In this document: piece after piece, positions 1 through 21,612 of the stretch
Layout: each line of letters opens with the position of its first letter
How positions within the stretch are numbered: the first letter of the stretch is position 1
Assembly (NCBI GenBank): GCA_000708835.1
Contig: DF237038.1
Coordinates: 20,901-84,900, forward strand
Reading direction: 5' to 3'
Length of the DNA: 64,000 nucleotides
From: Klebsormidium nitens
Lineage: Eukaryota > Plantae > Klebsormidiophyceae
Notes under the pieces: generated by a model
Database searches by the model: none
Told to the model about the DNA's origin: nothing
Seen by the model: the letters and a program-made list of their open reading frames with translations, nothing else
Position numbers and translations under genes: made by a program

Positions 1-246
1 CGACCCCTGGCATGAAGCCCTGGCGCCCTGTAACAAGCGCCTGATCTCTCTACCAAGTCAAGTTGAGTCTGTCCCGCCCTCTTCTACCGGGCTCTGAGCT
101 TTCCGGCTATGTGGGCACCAGTCTAAAGCAAGACAAGCAAGGCAAGGCCCAAGGCAAGCAACTGGCAACTTCGCACAGGAAGGTGGGCCTTGCATTCTTG
201 TGTCACGTCAAGAACAGCTCGGGCGCCACAGGAGGCGCAGGTTTGA

Positions 247-10179
<9,933 letters not shown>

Positions 10180-10531
10180 GCAAGGCCTCGCTGCCTGTTG
10201 AGATGATCAGCATGCTACTTCGTACTACTGCGGTCAGCTATACCAGGCAGGATTGATCCGACGCCGGCCTCTTTTGCTCTCACTGAAGGAGACACGCGGT
10301 TGGTTGAAAGGATGAAAGACTTTCTCCTTTGCGTTTGCGGTTTGAGGGCTCAATTAGACAATGCGTACAGCGCATCAATAGGTGCAGGTGCTGATTAACA
10401 TGACAGTATCGATGCTTTAAGGTGTACATGATACCATGGTTCATTCATGGTGTACTGCTCGATCACAAACGGCATTGAGCCCGGCCTGCGCCGCACTGCC
10501 AACACGGTCCATATCGCTTGTGCATGCATGG

Positions 10532-10875
10532 TACCAATGATATATATGATTGGTATCATATAATCATATATCATTGATATCATATATGATTGGTATCAAT
10601 ATATGATATATATTGATGCGTCAATACATAAATATCTGAAGTTCCGCCGTAGCGCAGGCGTGAATTGGATTCTTCGGACCATGTTGCTTGTCTTGACTTT
10701 GATGATTCATGCACATGCGGACGGTGCTGCATGGGCTCGCATGATGGTCCCTTTTCATAATTCTCGCCATGCGATCGCCAAATATACACTAAGAATTGGC
10801 TAAGGTTAATATTCATGCATCCGATATCATATAGTATGTAGCTACATACTAGTGCGCGGGAACTACATACTATAT
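10532..10875. repeat. AT-rich palindromic island between convergent kinesin-13 and CLN3
   Basis: atatatgattggtatca repeated (about 10542 and 10582), hairpin caatatat-gat-atatattg, perfect 20-bp palindrome tagtatgtagctacatacta at 10832-10851. Confidence 0.7.
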
Positions 10876-11531
10876 CTAGATCATGTCTCATATACATACT
10901 TATATATGCCTACGCCTATACGGAAAAGCTTTTTCATGTGGGGATCATGCGCTGACTTCATGTGATTACGTACGTGCAGAAGTGACGCACACATGCCTCA
11001 AGAGTGCATACTTTGATATGTATCTCGACGCGGCTGGCTCTAGCATGTAGCAATGATTCGTGCGCCTAGAATTGATCTGAATTACCATGACGGTGCACGC
11101 CCCGTGCACATGTGGATGATCCGCTTAAGTGATTATAAGATCAAGCAAACTATGAATTGACACAAGGTTCACCAGTTCAAACACCGCATGCACCAAATCT
11201 TTGGTGGGGCAATCTCGTGAAACAAGCCAAGAAATGCTCGAAACCGTTAGGCATAATTTGTACGTTCCGGTGAAGGGCGTTCTCTAACCGGTACATTGAG
11301 AAGACTGCTGAAGCCCATCTCAAATCAGAGCAGCTAGTGCTGAGCTAAACGACCAACTTCAAAGTAGCGTCGACAAGACTATTCTGCAACGACATGCATG
11401 CCCCATGAGAACTCTTCGCTTCGCTCGTTTTTCGAACTTAGCATGCCGAAACGCATGGGGCACGTGCTTTGCAAGTGGAGCCGAATCAACCCCTACTGAA
11501 GGACAGCTAAGACCGCAGATGATTCAAGTGC

Positions 11532-14500
11532 TCAGCAGTGCGTTGAAGAGACTCCCAGGTGCCGCAGCATAACTCGCTCAACTACTAACGCAGTAGCCCC
11601 CGCTAGGCTGACCCCAACACTGTCGGAGAGACTGGTGATCCCCATGGCAAACTCCCTGCAAATACGGGACGAGTGGTAAAAAAGGCGCCGACTGCAATCA
11701 ACGGCCGTGCATTTCCCGTTCGAAACTAGTGACGTCATCTAATTCTTGAAAGAGCCCGATGACGCGCATCCTTTCGCAAGAGTGACGCCAGTTTTGCTGA
11801 TTACATTTGACGCTGAAGAGAAAAGCTCCAGACACCTCGCATATAAGCGGCCGTACAAACTCTAAAGTAGGTTCACGGCCTTGACGAGGAGAGGTCCAAC
11901 CACATTGAGCACAGCAGCTATCCTGCTGAGCACAGCCTGTCGGAACTTTTTCAAGGTGCAACCGTAAGAGCTGAAAGCGTGGCCCGTTCATGTGAGGCAG
12001 CTGGTAACGTATCTAACTGCGTTGCCAAGTTCGGCGGTGCAATCGCCGTCGGCTGATCCAGTTGATTCGCCCCTCGATTGCCAACCCTTTGCAGGCACTG
12101 TGCGTCGATTAACCAGCAGGATAACAAATCCGAGGCCGATAAACGCAGCATTAGGCGGGGCATAAGCGCACCTGTGCTCGACGGGCGTATTGACGGATAA
12201 GAGCGTGAACGCGTTCACATAGGTCGCCCCCCCGAGGAGTCCCTCCCAAAGGGTCGCCGCATACGCTATGGCGATGCCGATCGGCTTTCGGCCTGGCTGA
12301 CTGACGTGTAAGCAAACCGCCAGCGCAATCACGAGGTTGAGCCCCTGTAAGAGAAGAAAGGCAACTCACTTTGTCTTGACGCGATACTTGCCTTGCTTAT
12401 GAAGACGGCCAACTTGCATCAATGAGGGGGGTGGAACAACATTAGGGGACGTTCAATACCAGAGATGCTTATCTTAGGTGCGAAAGTCAAAGAGAGGACC
12501 GCGAAAGCTGGCAGTCATAGCCGTTTTAGTCTGTTTCATAACGATCAGTAACTCGATTTTGGAGAAGCAGCAACTCCTAAAAAAAGTGCCATCAAGTGCT
12601 CTGATGTGAAGGCCTCCGCCATTTAGGAACCCTCAACCAGTCGAGGAAAAGTCAAGCGAACGAATTCAAAGCGAAGGCTCTTCGACGTGCTTGCACAGCC
12701 ATCTGTGGCCGTCAACCATGGAAGGTTATGGGCTTGTCAAAGAAATGGTCCAATGATCATACTTGGGCGGTAACCAGCCTTGGAGCAAGGTTATACACCG
12801 GCCACTCGAATACTATCATGAATTCAAGCCTGGTAAACAGCCTGGTTAGCGGCCAGATTTACCCTGAGTTAACCAACGTAAGCCCGCGCTCCTACAATCT
12901 GAAACATAAATTTGAGTAAAGACTATATGAAGCAACTGTACAGTGTAGAGCTGCCCACCTGCAGTGTTGGCAGCGGCCAGAGGCGCGTCAACGGGAAGAA
13001 GCTGATCGACGACCGCGAGATGAAGACCCCCACCTGCGCCAATAGAAGCGCTTGCTTAGGCAACGGACGTCGTCATCTCAAGTGTTATATCGAGCAGTTG
13101 CGTTATGTGGGGCCAAAGTTGCATCAAGAAGAAATGCGGTGCTTTAGGCCCTCGTTTCATACCATTTGACAAGGAACCGCTCTGACGGATTGCCATCTGA
13201 AGAGGCCCTGGACTGCCGGTTTGGGCATGCGTGCTTCTCCATCTACGACCAGGAGTGTTTATACTTGAAAGAAGGCAGAACAAGATCAAGCAGTCATCAG
13301 TTGAAAGCGGAATCCTCGTAGGAGATAGTACGTGGCAGCCTGTACCACTTGTACCACTGGCAGCCTGAACCACTTGCACCACAAGAACGGGTTTCCTCAC
13401 TTGCGCACAGTCCAGAAGGAAAGCTGAGCAAAACGTAGCATATGTGGAAAGGTTTCCAGACGACAAACCGCACTTACTTGGTACGTCGTCTGGAGGAAAC
13501 TGTACATGGGACAGGCGTGCTTAGCTCCTTCCGCACCGTTAACCGCGTATCCCATCGGGAGAAAGAGCGCCTGGTTGATGGTGTACTCAAAGTAGTAAAC
13601 CAAGAACAGGGGCAGCATGTACCTGCAGGAAAATGAGCATAACGGGAATCAGTGAAAGCGACAAGAATAGAAAGTGGCGTTTGAGCAGACATAGCGTCTG
13701 GTTGATGGTGTGCTCGAAACAGTATACCAGGAACAGGGGCAGCATGTACCTGCGGGGCAAACGAGCATCACAGGAAGGTAAAACATATTATTATTATTAT
13801 TGAAGATGTTATTACTGTTGAGAAGCAGAATAATCAGCAAAGCACCTGGTGCGTGAGCAGATCTGGCGGCGTATTTTAACGAGCAGCGTCTCAGGTCTTT
13901 GACAGGCTCGACCCATACCGCATCGCGGTGTTTTGCGAGGTGGATACCGAAATGACGTTCACGCTGCCCAGCATCGGCGACTTCGTAGGCAAGAGGAAAC
14001 TATTGCGCAGCACGACCTGTGTGAGCTCTGCGAGATGCGGCCAGGGATTCCGGGTTTGCTGCTAACCGGGGACAGTTAGGGCGACGAAGATGAGACAAGG
14101 AGGAGGGGGAAAAGGAGAAGGGAAGAACAGACAACTCGGGGAGAGGAGAAGGCCAAAAGTGAAGAGCGGAAGAATAGAGGGACCAAAACAATCTTATTTC
14201 GGCGCTCAGCGACAATAAGGGGGTTAGAAGACAAATAACTGGAGAAGCCAAGAGCTCTTCATCGGAGCTCAAGCGCTATGGCCTCTTCCAAGTTTGCAAC
14301 ATAGCCTTCCGCATATCGGCAAGCAGCGAATATCCGAATCAAAATTTGCTATCGCCCTCACCTCGCAAACAGCGGCCGCACGAGCCGGTAGACCTCCTTC
14401 AGCGACAGAGTCCTTGCGCGTGCTGCCCCCACTTTCCGTTCCCCCACAATCCCCCGCACCCTAACGGAATTCCGCTCGTGATTCTGGCCCCCCCTCGCCG

Positions 14501-17500
14501 CAGCCCCCCCTAATCCACTGCCGTGCCCCCCCTTTGCGATTCGTTCTTCGCCGCGTGCAATCCCCCTCGGTGGCCCCTCCCCCGATGGACTGCCAAATCC
14601 CGCCCGAACGACCCCCCCGGAAAGTTCCTCGACGCGTGCCCCCCCGAGAGGCAACGCGTCCGACTCTTCGGACGTCCACACCGGGTGCATCGCGCGCCGG
14701 GTGCTCGTTTCGGACGGCGCCGAGGTTTCGTCCGAGTCCGAGTCACTGAGCAACTGGAACTTGGGGGGGGAGCCCGGGGGAAACGAAGGGGACGGCTCGG
14801 GACCTAGATAAATATTCTCAATCTTGTTGATTGTCTGAAAATTACAGAGATTTTCCTGAAGAAAACAAAAAGTAGAAACGAAAACATAATCAGGACGATA
14901 CCAAGGAAATTATAACGAGCGGAAGCTCAGCCGACACGTTTGCAAATTGCGTCACATGATGCAAGCGGGCGATAGCGGAGCAGCTAGAACTGAGGAAAGA
15001 GAGCCCATTGGAAACGAGGGGGACGGCTCGAGGCCTGAGGGTCAGTGATCTGAGTCAGACAGTTATTACCCAGTAGAATGATTGCTTTTTTTGCAGTCAG
15101 AGAGTTCAGTCAAAAACTTCAGTAAGGATCTGAAAAGATTCTCGTAGGATCTGGTCAGATCACTCACGAACCCAAGTTCGACGAAAGACGATTGACAAAC
15201 AGATTCTAAACAGAATGAGGTTGCGTCGAAACCTAATAGCAGAAGCAACGACGTAAGGTGACAGCCTTCTACAAACGTATCGCAACATTCTTGAGTGTTA
15301 TTGAACCGATTACTGAAGCTTCCGAACAAAGCAGACAATCTGGGCGCTGCCCTCGCAAATACTGGTAGCATTTTTCTCGCGGATCAATTTCCAATCACCG
15401 CCACTTATCTCGAACAGCGCTGCTCTAGTCTCCACAGCTTTCGAAATGTCGAACACCCTTCCTGCTCTTATGCTAACCCCATTCAGCTTTCCCAAGGAGG
15501 GGGTAATGCAAGGGGCGGCGCTCACCCCCCGGGCAGATGAGGAAGTAGTACGCTGCCCCTTGTATGAGCGGGACTGGTGACATCACCAGCAGCGTCAGCG
15601 CGGGCTGCAGGCCTGCCACCTGGCGGATGAAAACCTGTGTAGGGAAGGAGCACACGACATGAATGACTCGCAGCAGAAGGAGTTCAAAAGCCTGGAGGGC
15701 GGAGAAGATGGCATCCAAACCTTCAGATAGGCGACTTTTTCACTTTTCAAGTCCTGGCGGAGTAGAGAATTTTACTCCGACGGCTGGCACGAGCGAAAAC
15801 GGGCACAAAAAGCGGTGGTAAATACCCCAACATGGGTTAACCGAATCTGACGGTCCGTCGGGGAAAGGACAGAAATCGAAAAGCTGGTAGAAAGCTTAGG
15901 CCAATGTTTGATGAAACGTCTCCAGAATACGAGCAGGCTTTACGGCCAGAAAAGAAAAGAGCAACTTCCGGATCCCTCGTCTTGCTAGCCGGTTTAAAAG
16001 AGCTGGGAGCGGTTGAAAAAGAATGTCTTTTCATCGCTCCTTGAGCCGCCTCTAAAAACATGGGTGTCAACCGCGGTAAAGTACATTTTGAGAAAGTTGT
16101 AACCACGGAAACGTAGCTTTCAGACCTCCAATCCCGTACTGATCGCTCACCAAAACTAACAACCAAAAAGCCAGAGACTTCCGACCGACGTGGATGCAAC
16201 AATTGAAGGCAAGCCGTCGGATTCACGCCCTCTGAAGGCTTAGTCCGTGCACTGCAAACACTACTCCTAGTTGCCACTAGATCGTCCATCATCTCTTTTG
16301 AAAAGCCTCAGATCGAATGAACTCGCTTGGAAAGGAACTGGAATCGAAGCAGGGCATCGGAAGCCTAACCCAAATCCCCGCCCCTGCTAATCCTGCGCCG
16401 CCTGTGCCTGATGACCATGCCCCAACGGTAGACCTGCAAAGGGAAAGATCAGAATCATTACAGTTGCCAACTAAGAGTATTTTGTCTCGCGTGTCCCGGA
16501 CATACCGGGCGGTCCATTTGTAACAGCAACAAATGATCTAAGCCCGTGCTCATTGCGAGGTAGCTCGCACAAAGTCCATTCAATCTGATGCACAGGTCGG
16601 GTTCAAGTCTTCACTGCAGATCCACTTGGAAGGAAACTACTCAACATTTCAGGAGACGTGCTCTTCATCTATATCTTCGATGTCCCAAGGAGAACCTTAG
16701 ATATTCTAAAGCTGATGGAGCTTCTTCTAAGACGAAGTCAATGCGCACACTCTTTGTTCCACACAAAAGACTACTGAACCATCGAACTGCAAAGCACTCT
16801 GGCCACTTTGCCGGTCCTCCAACGTCAAATGACATCCGCTCCACTCACCTGTGATACCTCGATGAGAGCGCCAGAAACGTGATCTCCCCCAACCCCGCTG
16901 CCAGGCTGGCAAAGCACACCCCCCCGAGGGCGACAAACGAGCTCCCTGCGGTTGCGACAATCAAGAAAGCAAGGACGGCGAGAACCACCACTGCGGCCAC
17001 TCGCTGGAGGTAAGAGAAGCGGTGGATGAAGAAAGGCGCCAGAGACTTGATGACGAGCGTCGGCAGGATGTCAGCCAGGAGCACCTGCAGAGTCGGTTGC
17101 TATGAATGCGGAGCAATGATTTCATTGTGTTCCCCCTTTGATCTTACAGGCAAAACGTTGGCGGCCTTTGAGCACAAGCCTCTTTAAGCTTAGAGACAGA
17201 ATTGGTGGTTTCTTCATCTTTGGACGAAGACCTGCACATCAGTGGTACGCCGCTTTGGAGCACAATCCACTTTATGCCATCTCTGAAAGTAGACCCCGCT
17301 GGAATCATGCTTCAGCGGTTTAAAGAGCTCAGCTGAGTCCGGGATCAATTTTACGACTTCAAGATCTGTGCCAAACTACAATAAGATAGTTTAGATACTC
17401 TACAAACTGCTATAACAGAACACACTGGATGAAGCATTGCTCTTGACTCTGTCTGATGTTTGTCTGCCGGTGGCTTGAAGACTTCAAAGACTTCAACGCA

Positions 17501-17958
17501 CACCATCGGGACAGCAGAAGTAAAGGAGACGGACCAGTTATCAAATCAAATCATTGCCATCAGACCTAGCTTCACGACTCTTTTGACCGAAAAGAAGCCT
17601 AAATACTTCTTGACAGTGTTTGCATCGCCTGGATGAGAGTCAACCCCTTGCTGCCCCATTACCACGCCTCGTCAAGGACACATCACGTCCCAGTCTCACT
17701 TACCGCCCCAGAGTAGCCCGTCAATATATCCTCCGCAGCCGTCAGAAACACCACGTAACTGAAGTTGTTGATCAGCCCGCCAATCCAGAAGCCTGCCAGG
17801 TGGCGGGCATGAAAGCCCCCAGCCGCCTTTGCAGGCGTAAACCCTTTCACTGCCTGAGGAGCTCTGAGAAGACTCTCCTCGTCTAACAGAACCCCGTCAC
17901 CCTCCTGAGCTTCATCTGTTGGAGTACTGCTGGCCGTTCCCGCTGGCGCTCCAGCCAT
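11532..17958 (-). CDS. CLN3: CLN3/battenin (Btn1) family lysosomal/vacuolar MFS-like membrane protein; 9 exons
   Basis: Exons 17958-17704, 17084-16849, 16433-16370, 15634-15526, 14803-14362, 13622-13478, 13033-12959, 12344-12172, 11655-11532, phase-consistent. Motifs FWIGGLINNFSYVVFLTAAEDIL, VLLADILPTL, GLGEITFLALSS, AWSSGTGGAG, YMLPLFLVY..EY.INQ, GVFISRSS, EGLLGGATYVN, REFA. Confidence 0.95.
12748..12855 (+). repeat. Copy 1 of a ~110-bp interspersed intronic repeat (copy 2 at 59481-59590)
   Basis: gtccaatgatcatacttgggcggtaaccagccttggagcaaggttatacaccgg...cagcctggttagc aligns colinearly with gtccagtaaccagacttgggcgttcaccagcccctgaacaaggttaaagcccgg...cagcctggttagc. Confidence 0.6.
13690..13770 (-). 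repeat. Decayed intronic copy of acceptor plus head of CLN3 exon 6
   Basis: Minus strand CCGCAG|GTACATGCTGCCCCTGTTCCTGGTATACTGTTTCGAGCACACCATCAACCAG (13749) versus real CTGCAG|GTACATGCTGCCCCTGTTCTTGGTTTACTACTTTGAGTACACCATCAACCAG (13622). Confidence 0.92.
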
Positions 17959-18420
17959 GCTCCCTCAATAAGAGCCCTTCAGGACCCTCTTTTTCTTCCT
18001 TTCTATTGCTACCCCCGCTCTTCGGGAAAGCAGTCCTAGCCCACTTAAGGCTTAAGAAGTCTCTGCAATTTCGAGACCATCTTACTTTGGGCCACAGCCT
18101 TCAATCCAGCAAACCTGCAACAAACCCCTCCACAACGCGCAGATCGTTATGCAACTCTTCCAAGGGATCACTTAAGGTCCGCGCGACTGATTGCTAGCTG
18201 ATGACGATCGTCAACATGTCATGCTTGAATGCTTCAAACTCTGCCCTGTTTCCGGATGCCCAGCTGGATGCATTCAATGAGAAGTTGCACCCCGCAAAAG
18301 ATATGGGTTGCTTTTGTAAAGCGCAAAGAGGGAATGCCATCTGCTGAATGCAAGTGCCTATGCGTTGAGCCTGCTCCTTCTTGATCATCGCTCCTACATT
18401 TGTGCATATAACATTGCGGA

Positions 18421-18663
18421 TTAGAACCCGCCAAAGATTGCCTGGAACTGTGTGTGTTCCAACCTCCGCAGCTGTTGAAGCAACCTTAGCACCGCCTCTC
18501 CTTGATCCAAGTGCCTCTCTGAATCTTCCTCCTTGTTGTCCAACCTTGCAATTTCATATGCATCGCGGACGTTGCGCTTTATCTTGCGACCTATCTTCTC
18601 GAGAGAAAACGCGTTTGCTTCTTTGAGAAGGTGTCTGTACAAAAGCAAGCTGCGAGGCTGCAT
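18421..18663 (-). CDS. Small LYR-motif (Complex I LYR family) protein, 80 aa
   Basis: ATG 18663 to TAA 18421: MQPRSLLLYRHLLKEANAFSLEKIGRKIKRNVRDAYE...; LYRxLLK..F, R..Y/F spacing and length are typical of LYRM proteins. Confidence 0.6.
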   Translation of the reverse strand: MQPRSLLLYRHLLKEANAFSLEKIGRKIKRNVRDAYEIARLDNKEEDSERHLDQGEAVLRLLQQLRRLEHTQFQAIFGGF

Positions 18664-19450
18664 CCTTGTGCAAGCAAGCGCAGCAACAATAAGCCTCCTT
18701 CCTGAGAGCTGTGAAATACTATATAATACTTCTTGGAAGAATTCAAGAGGAAGACATGCAGGCTGGAGCAGAGTCAGGTAGCTCAAGAGCCGTCGATGTA
18801 TCGCAAGGCTAACATCCACGGTTATATCCGTGCCCCTCTGTCACTCAGGTTGGCGCCGACCGCAAGATTCACGTCGTGACATCGTGTGGTGCGTCTAGTA
18901 CCGGCCATCGAAGGGATCCCCCTTTCGGTCACTGAAGAGTCCTTCAGTTTGAAACAATCACATCATAGTTGTACGTGTACGCTCATGCGGCATTCGCTTT
19001 TACAGTACTCAAAGTGCACACTGCTGCTGGAAGCATGGAAATCCTCTGACAACGTGATCAAGTTCACGGGATCGAACAGATCGAAGTGTACTATATGCAG
19101 CAGATTTGAACGAGCAGATGAGAAGGAGAGAACAAAAAGTAAGATGCTCAATGCTCAATCTGATGGAAACACTCAAGACTTCGTTAATGAGCATCAGAAC
19201 ACTCGAATAATGAGTAAAATCTGAATGTCACTTAGATGGGTCAAGACAAGCATCTTTTACGGCGAGACTGACGTAGCACACCATTGCGTGAAAATGCCGG
19301 CGGTCAAAGAACGACTATAAATTGCACCTTCACATGATGCTTTGGCTACATTCTTCGCAAGCGCATTCTGTATCAACCGGATGGCGTGGCTTTGTTAGAT
19401 CCTAAAAGCTGTTGCTTTGATGCGCGGATGCAGTCTTGACTTCGTGTTAA

Positions 19451-19930
19451 CTACAGGGACCTTTCGTGGATCTGGAATCCGCCGAAGGGTGTGATTTGGT
19501 ATTTCTTGCCTCCATCTAAAGCTAGCTCGTAATGGTGATTGGCGCTGATGAAGTACGCGCCGCCAATCAGGGTTGCTGGTGAAGATACTGAACCATACCC
19601 CTGGCCATAAGCCATCAAAGAAACCCGTTGAGGGGACACCACCGGTTGGCGGCGCGCATCGTGGAACGTTATCCCCATCCCTGTGGGGTTGCCGTTTGGA
19701 ACGATAGTAGCGAAGAGGTCGGCGGAGAGCTCGAGATCCACGTTCGCGAATGTACCAAAAATGACGGTGGCAGTCCCTAAAATGAAGTAGAAGAGGGTCC
19801 AGTTAAGAAGCGACCAAAAAGGGGATTCCAGTCCGCTCGTTACAGTCTCTCGGATGTTGGACTGATAAGGACCAACGAGGAATGCAGAAATCGACACCCC
19901 TTGGTCACTCAGACTGGTATCATAAGCAGC
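19451..19930 (-). CDS. Probable last exon (160 codons) of an unidentified gene; upstream exons likely lie in 20150-21170
   Basis: Acceptor GTGCGCAG| at 19930, then an open frame to TAG with protein-like composition and a hydrophobic segment (PFWSLLNWTLFYFILGTATVIFG). Candidate upstream splice signals exist but could not be joined unambiguously. Confidence 0.45.
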   Translation of the reverse strand, partial: AAYDTSLSDQGVSISAFLVGPYQSNIRETVTSGLESPFWSLLNWTLFYFILGTATVIFGTFANVDLELSADLFATIVPNGNPTGMGITFHDARRQPVVSPQRVSLMAYGQGYGSVSSPATLIGGAYFISANHHYELALDGGKKYQITPFGGFQIHERSL

Positions 19931-21612
19931 CTGCGCACATGCCACTGATAGGAGCAAGGGTGCAGGTACCAGTCTGTGTTTGTCACGCATCTGAACTGCC
20001 AACGGCGTCTCTCCCTGCTTTTACACCCCGAGTACCGGCTGCTTGGCGAAACTCTTGTCCACGGGCCAATAAGAGTTGCAAGAGCTGTGCTGGAGTGGAG
20101 TCTAAGGATCAGCGCTTCGAGGTTTAAACTGGCACAATTACGAGCACAGGAGCAGCTCAAAGTACGGAAGAAAGGGTCGCATGGTATCATATTTTGCCAT
20201 CACGATGATTGAAGCAAAGGCCTGGTACGGGTAGGTCCATGAAGCAGTAAAGTAACTTGAGTCTGGGAGCATACCAGCAGATCTTCAGTGGAAACAAGGC
20301 ACCAACTGGCAGCGTTCTTCCCAACCAACACTTCTGACCTACAAAGCGCACGAGCAACAGGGGCCCAAGAATAGAAACCAATTGCAAGGTGTTACCGGCG
20401 GTCTCTGGTATGAATTTCTTTCCAGGCGACAAAGTCACTATTACCAACGAAATAAAGCTAGCGCTAAAGCTCTGGATGAAACTAATACGGATCGGACAAA
20501 CAAGCTGGAAATCCAATGCAAATGGTTGGACACAACTGCCAGTGCCCCTGGATTTTGAAGTTGTTGAAAGAGTCAAGTACTGGAGGCAAGTCAGTCGTGT
20601 AGCTTGATTTGCACTTGCCTCCATCGTCTTCTGATGCTCGCTGCTTGCGCTGCGCCTCCGCCATGAGTTCTGGCAAGTATTTGGAGAGGTCAGTCCTCCT
20701 TCTGCTCCTCAGGCTGGTCCACTTGCGGGACTCTCAAGACGAGCTGAAGACAGGAGGTCAGGGAGGAAAACTGTTGTTGCCACTGTCTCAACAGCTCAAC
20801 TTCAGCTAGAAAGGTACGTTCAGAAACTGTAAGCTTTCGACTGGCCTCCGCTGTAGGAAACAAAAGCACTTTATCCCTTACCGGTACCGGTCACTTACAG
20901 ACCTACGATGACCTTGAGCAGCGCTCCTCACCAAACCCAGCCCGTTGCGTCTTACTCTGTGCTGCTTCGTTCAACAAGCTGGGACCGCTTGGCCCCGCAG
21001 AGCTTCCGCTTGCGGCTTGGCAAGGCCAGGCGCCCCGACCTCGAGGGTTGGGCGGCCGCCGCTCACTATTCCTGAAGGGTTTTGACGGTACTGCGCGGGG
21101 CGGCCGCGGGCCAAACAGCTGACTCACCGCCGCCGCCGGTTTAGCGCGGCGCGGCAATGCGTTCAAAACTGTAGTGAAAGCTGTGAGAGCTGCCCTCGGG
21201 ATGCTCTGTGGTTGGAGTCCACAAGCTGCCCGTGCCCATGGAAAGGATGGGGCTACTACATCGTGCAGTCGACTGAAAATGATCGTGGCTCATTGTAATA
21301 CAGCATGCTTGATCGAACGCTTACGAAATTTAGGCTTGTATGGAACTGTATTTGACATGTGTCTATGAAACGCATGCATTGAAGAGGCATTGAATTAGGT
21401 CCTTCAAATGCACTCAAACTTGAAGAGATCTTGCTAAAAGGTTCTAGCAACACAGGTAAAAATCCTCTCGCGATAGCACGCGCGTATGATACACACGTTC
21501 GCCATCATCGCTTTCTACAAAGTACGTTCGCATAATTCATGACAGCTCCAAGCTTTCAAGAAGTTCGCGATCCTCAGAGTTAAGACCTGCCAGTAGAGCT
21601 GTCCGGCCTTCT

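Noticed and set aside
18886-19224. Plus-strand ORF with KCTICSR (CxxC) as a transposase remnant
   Set aside because: GTG start, only a four-residue motif, no catalytic core or termini.
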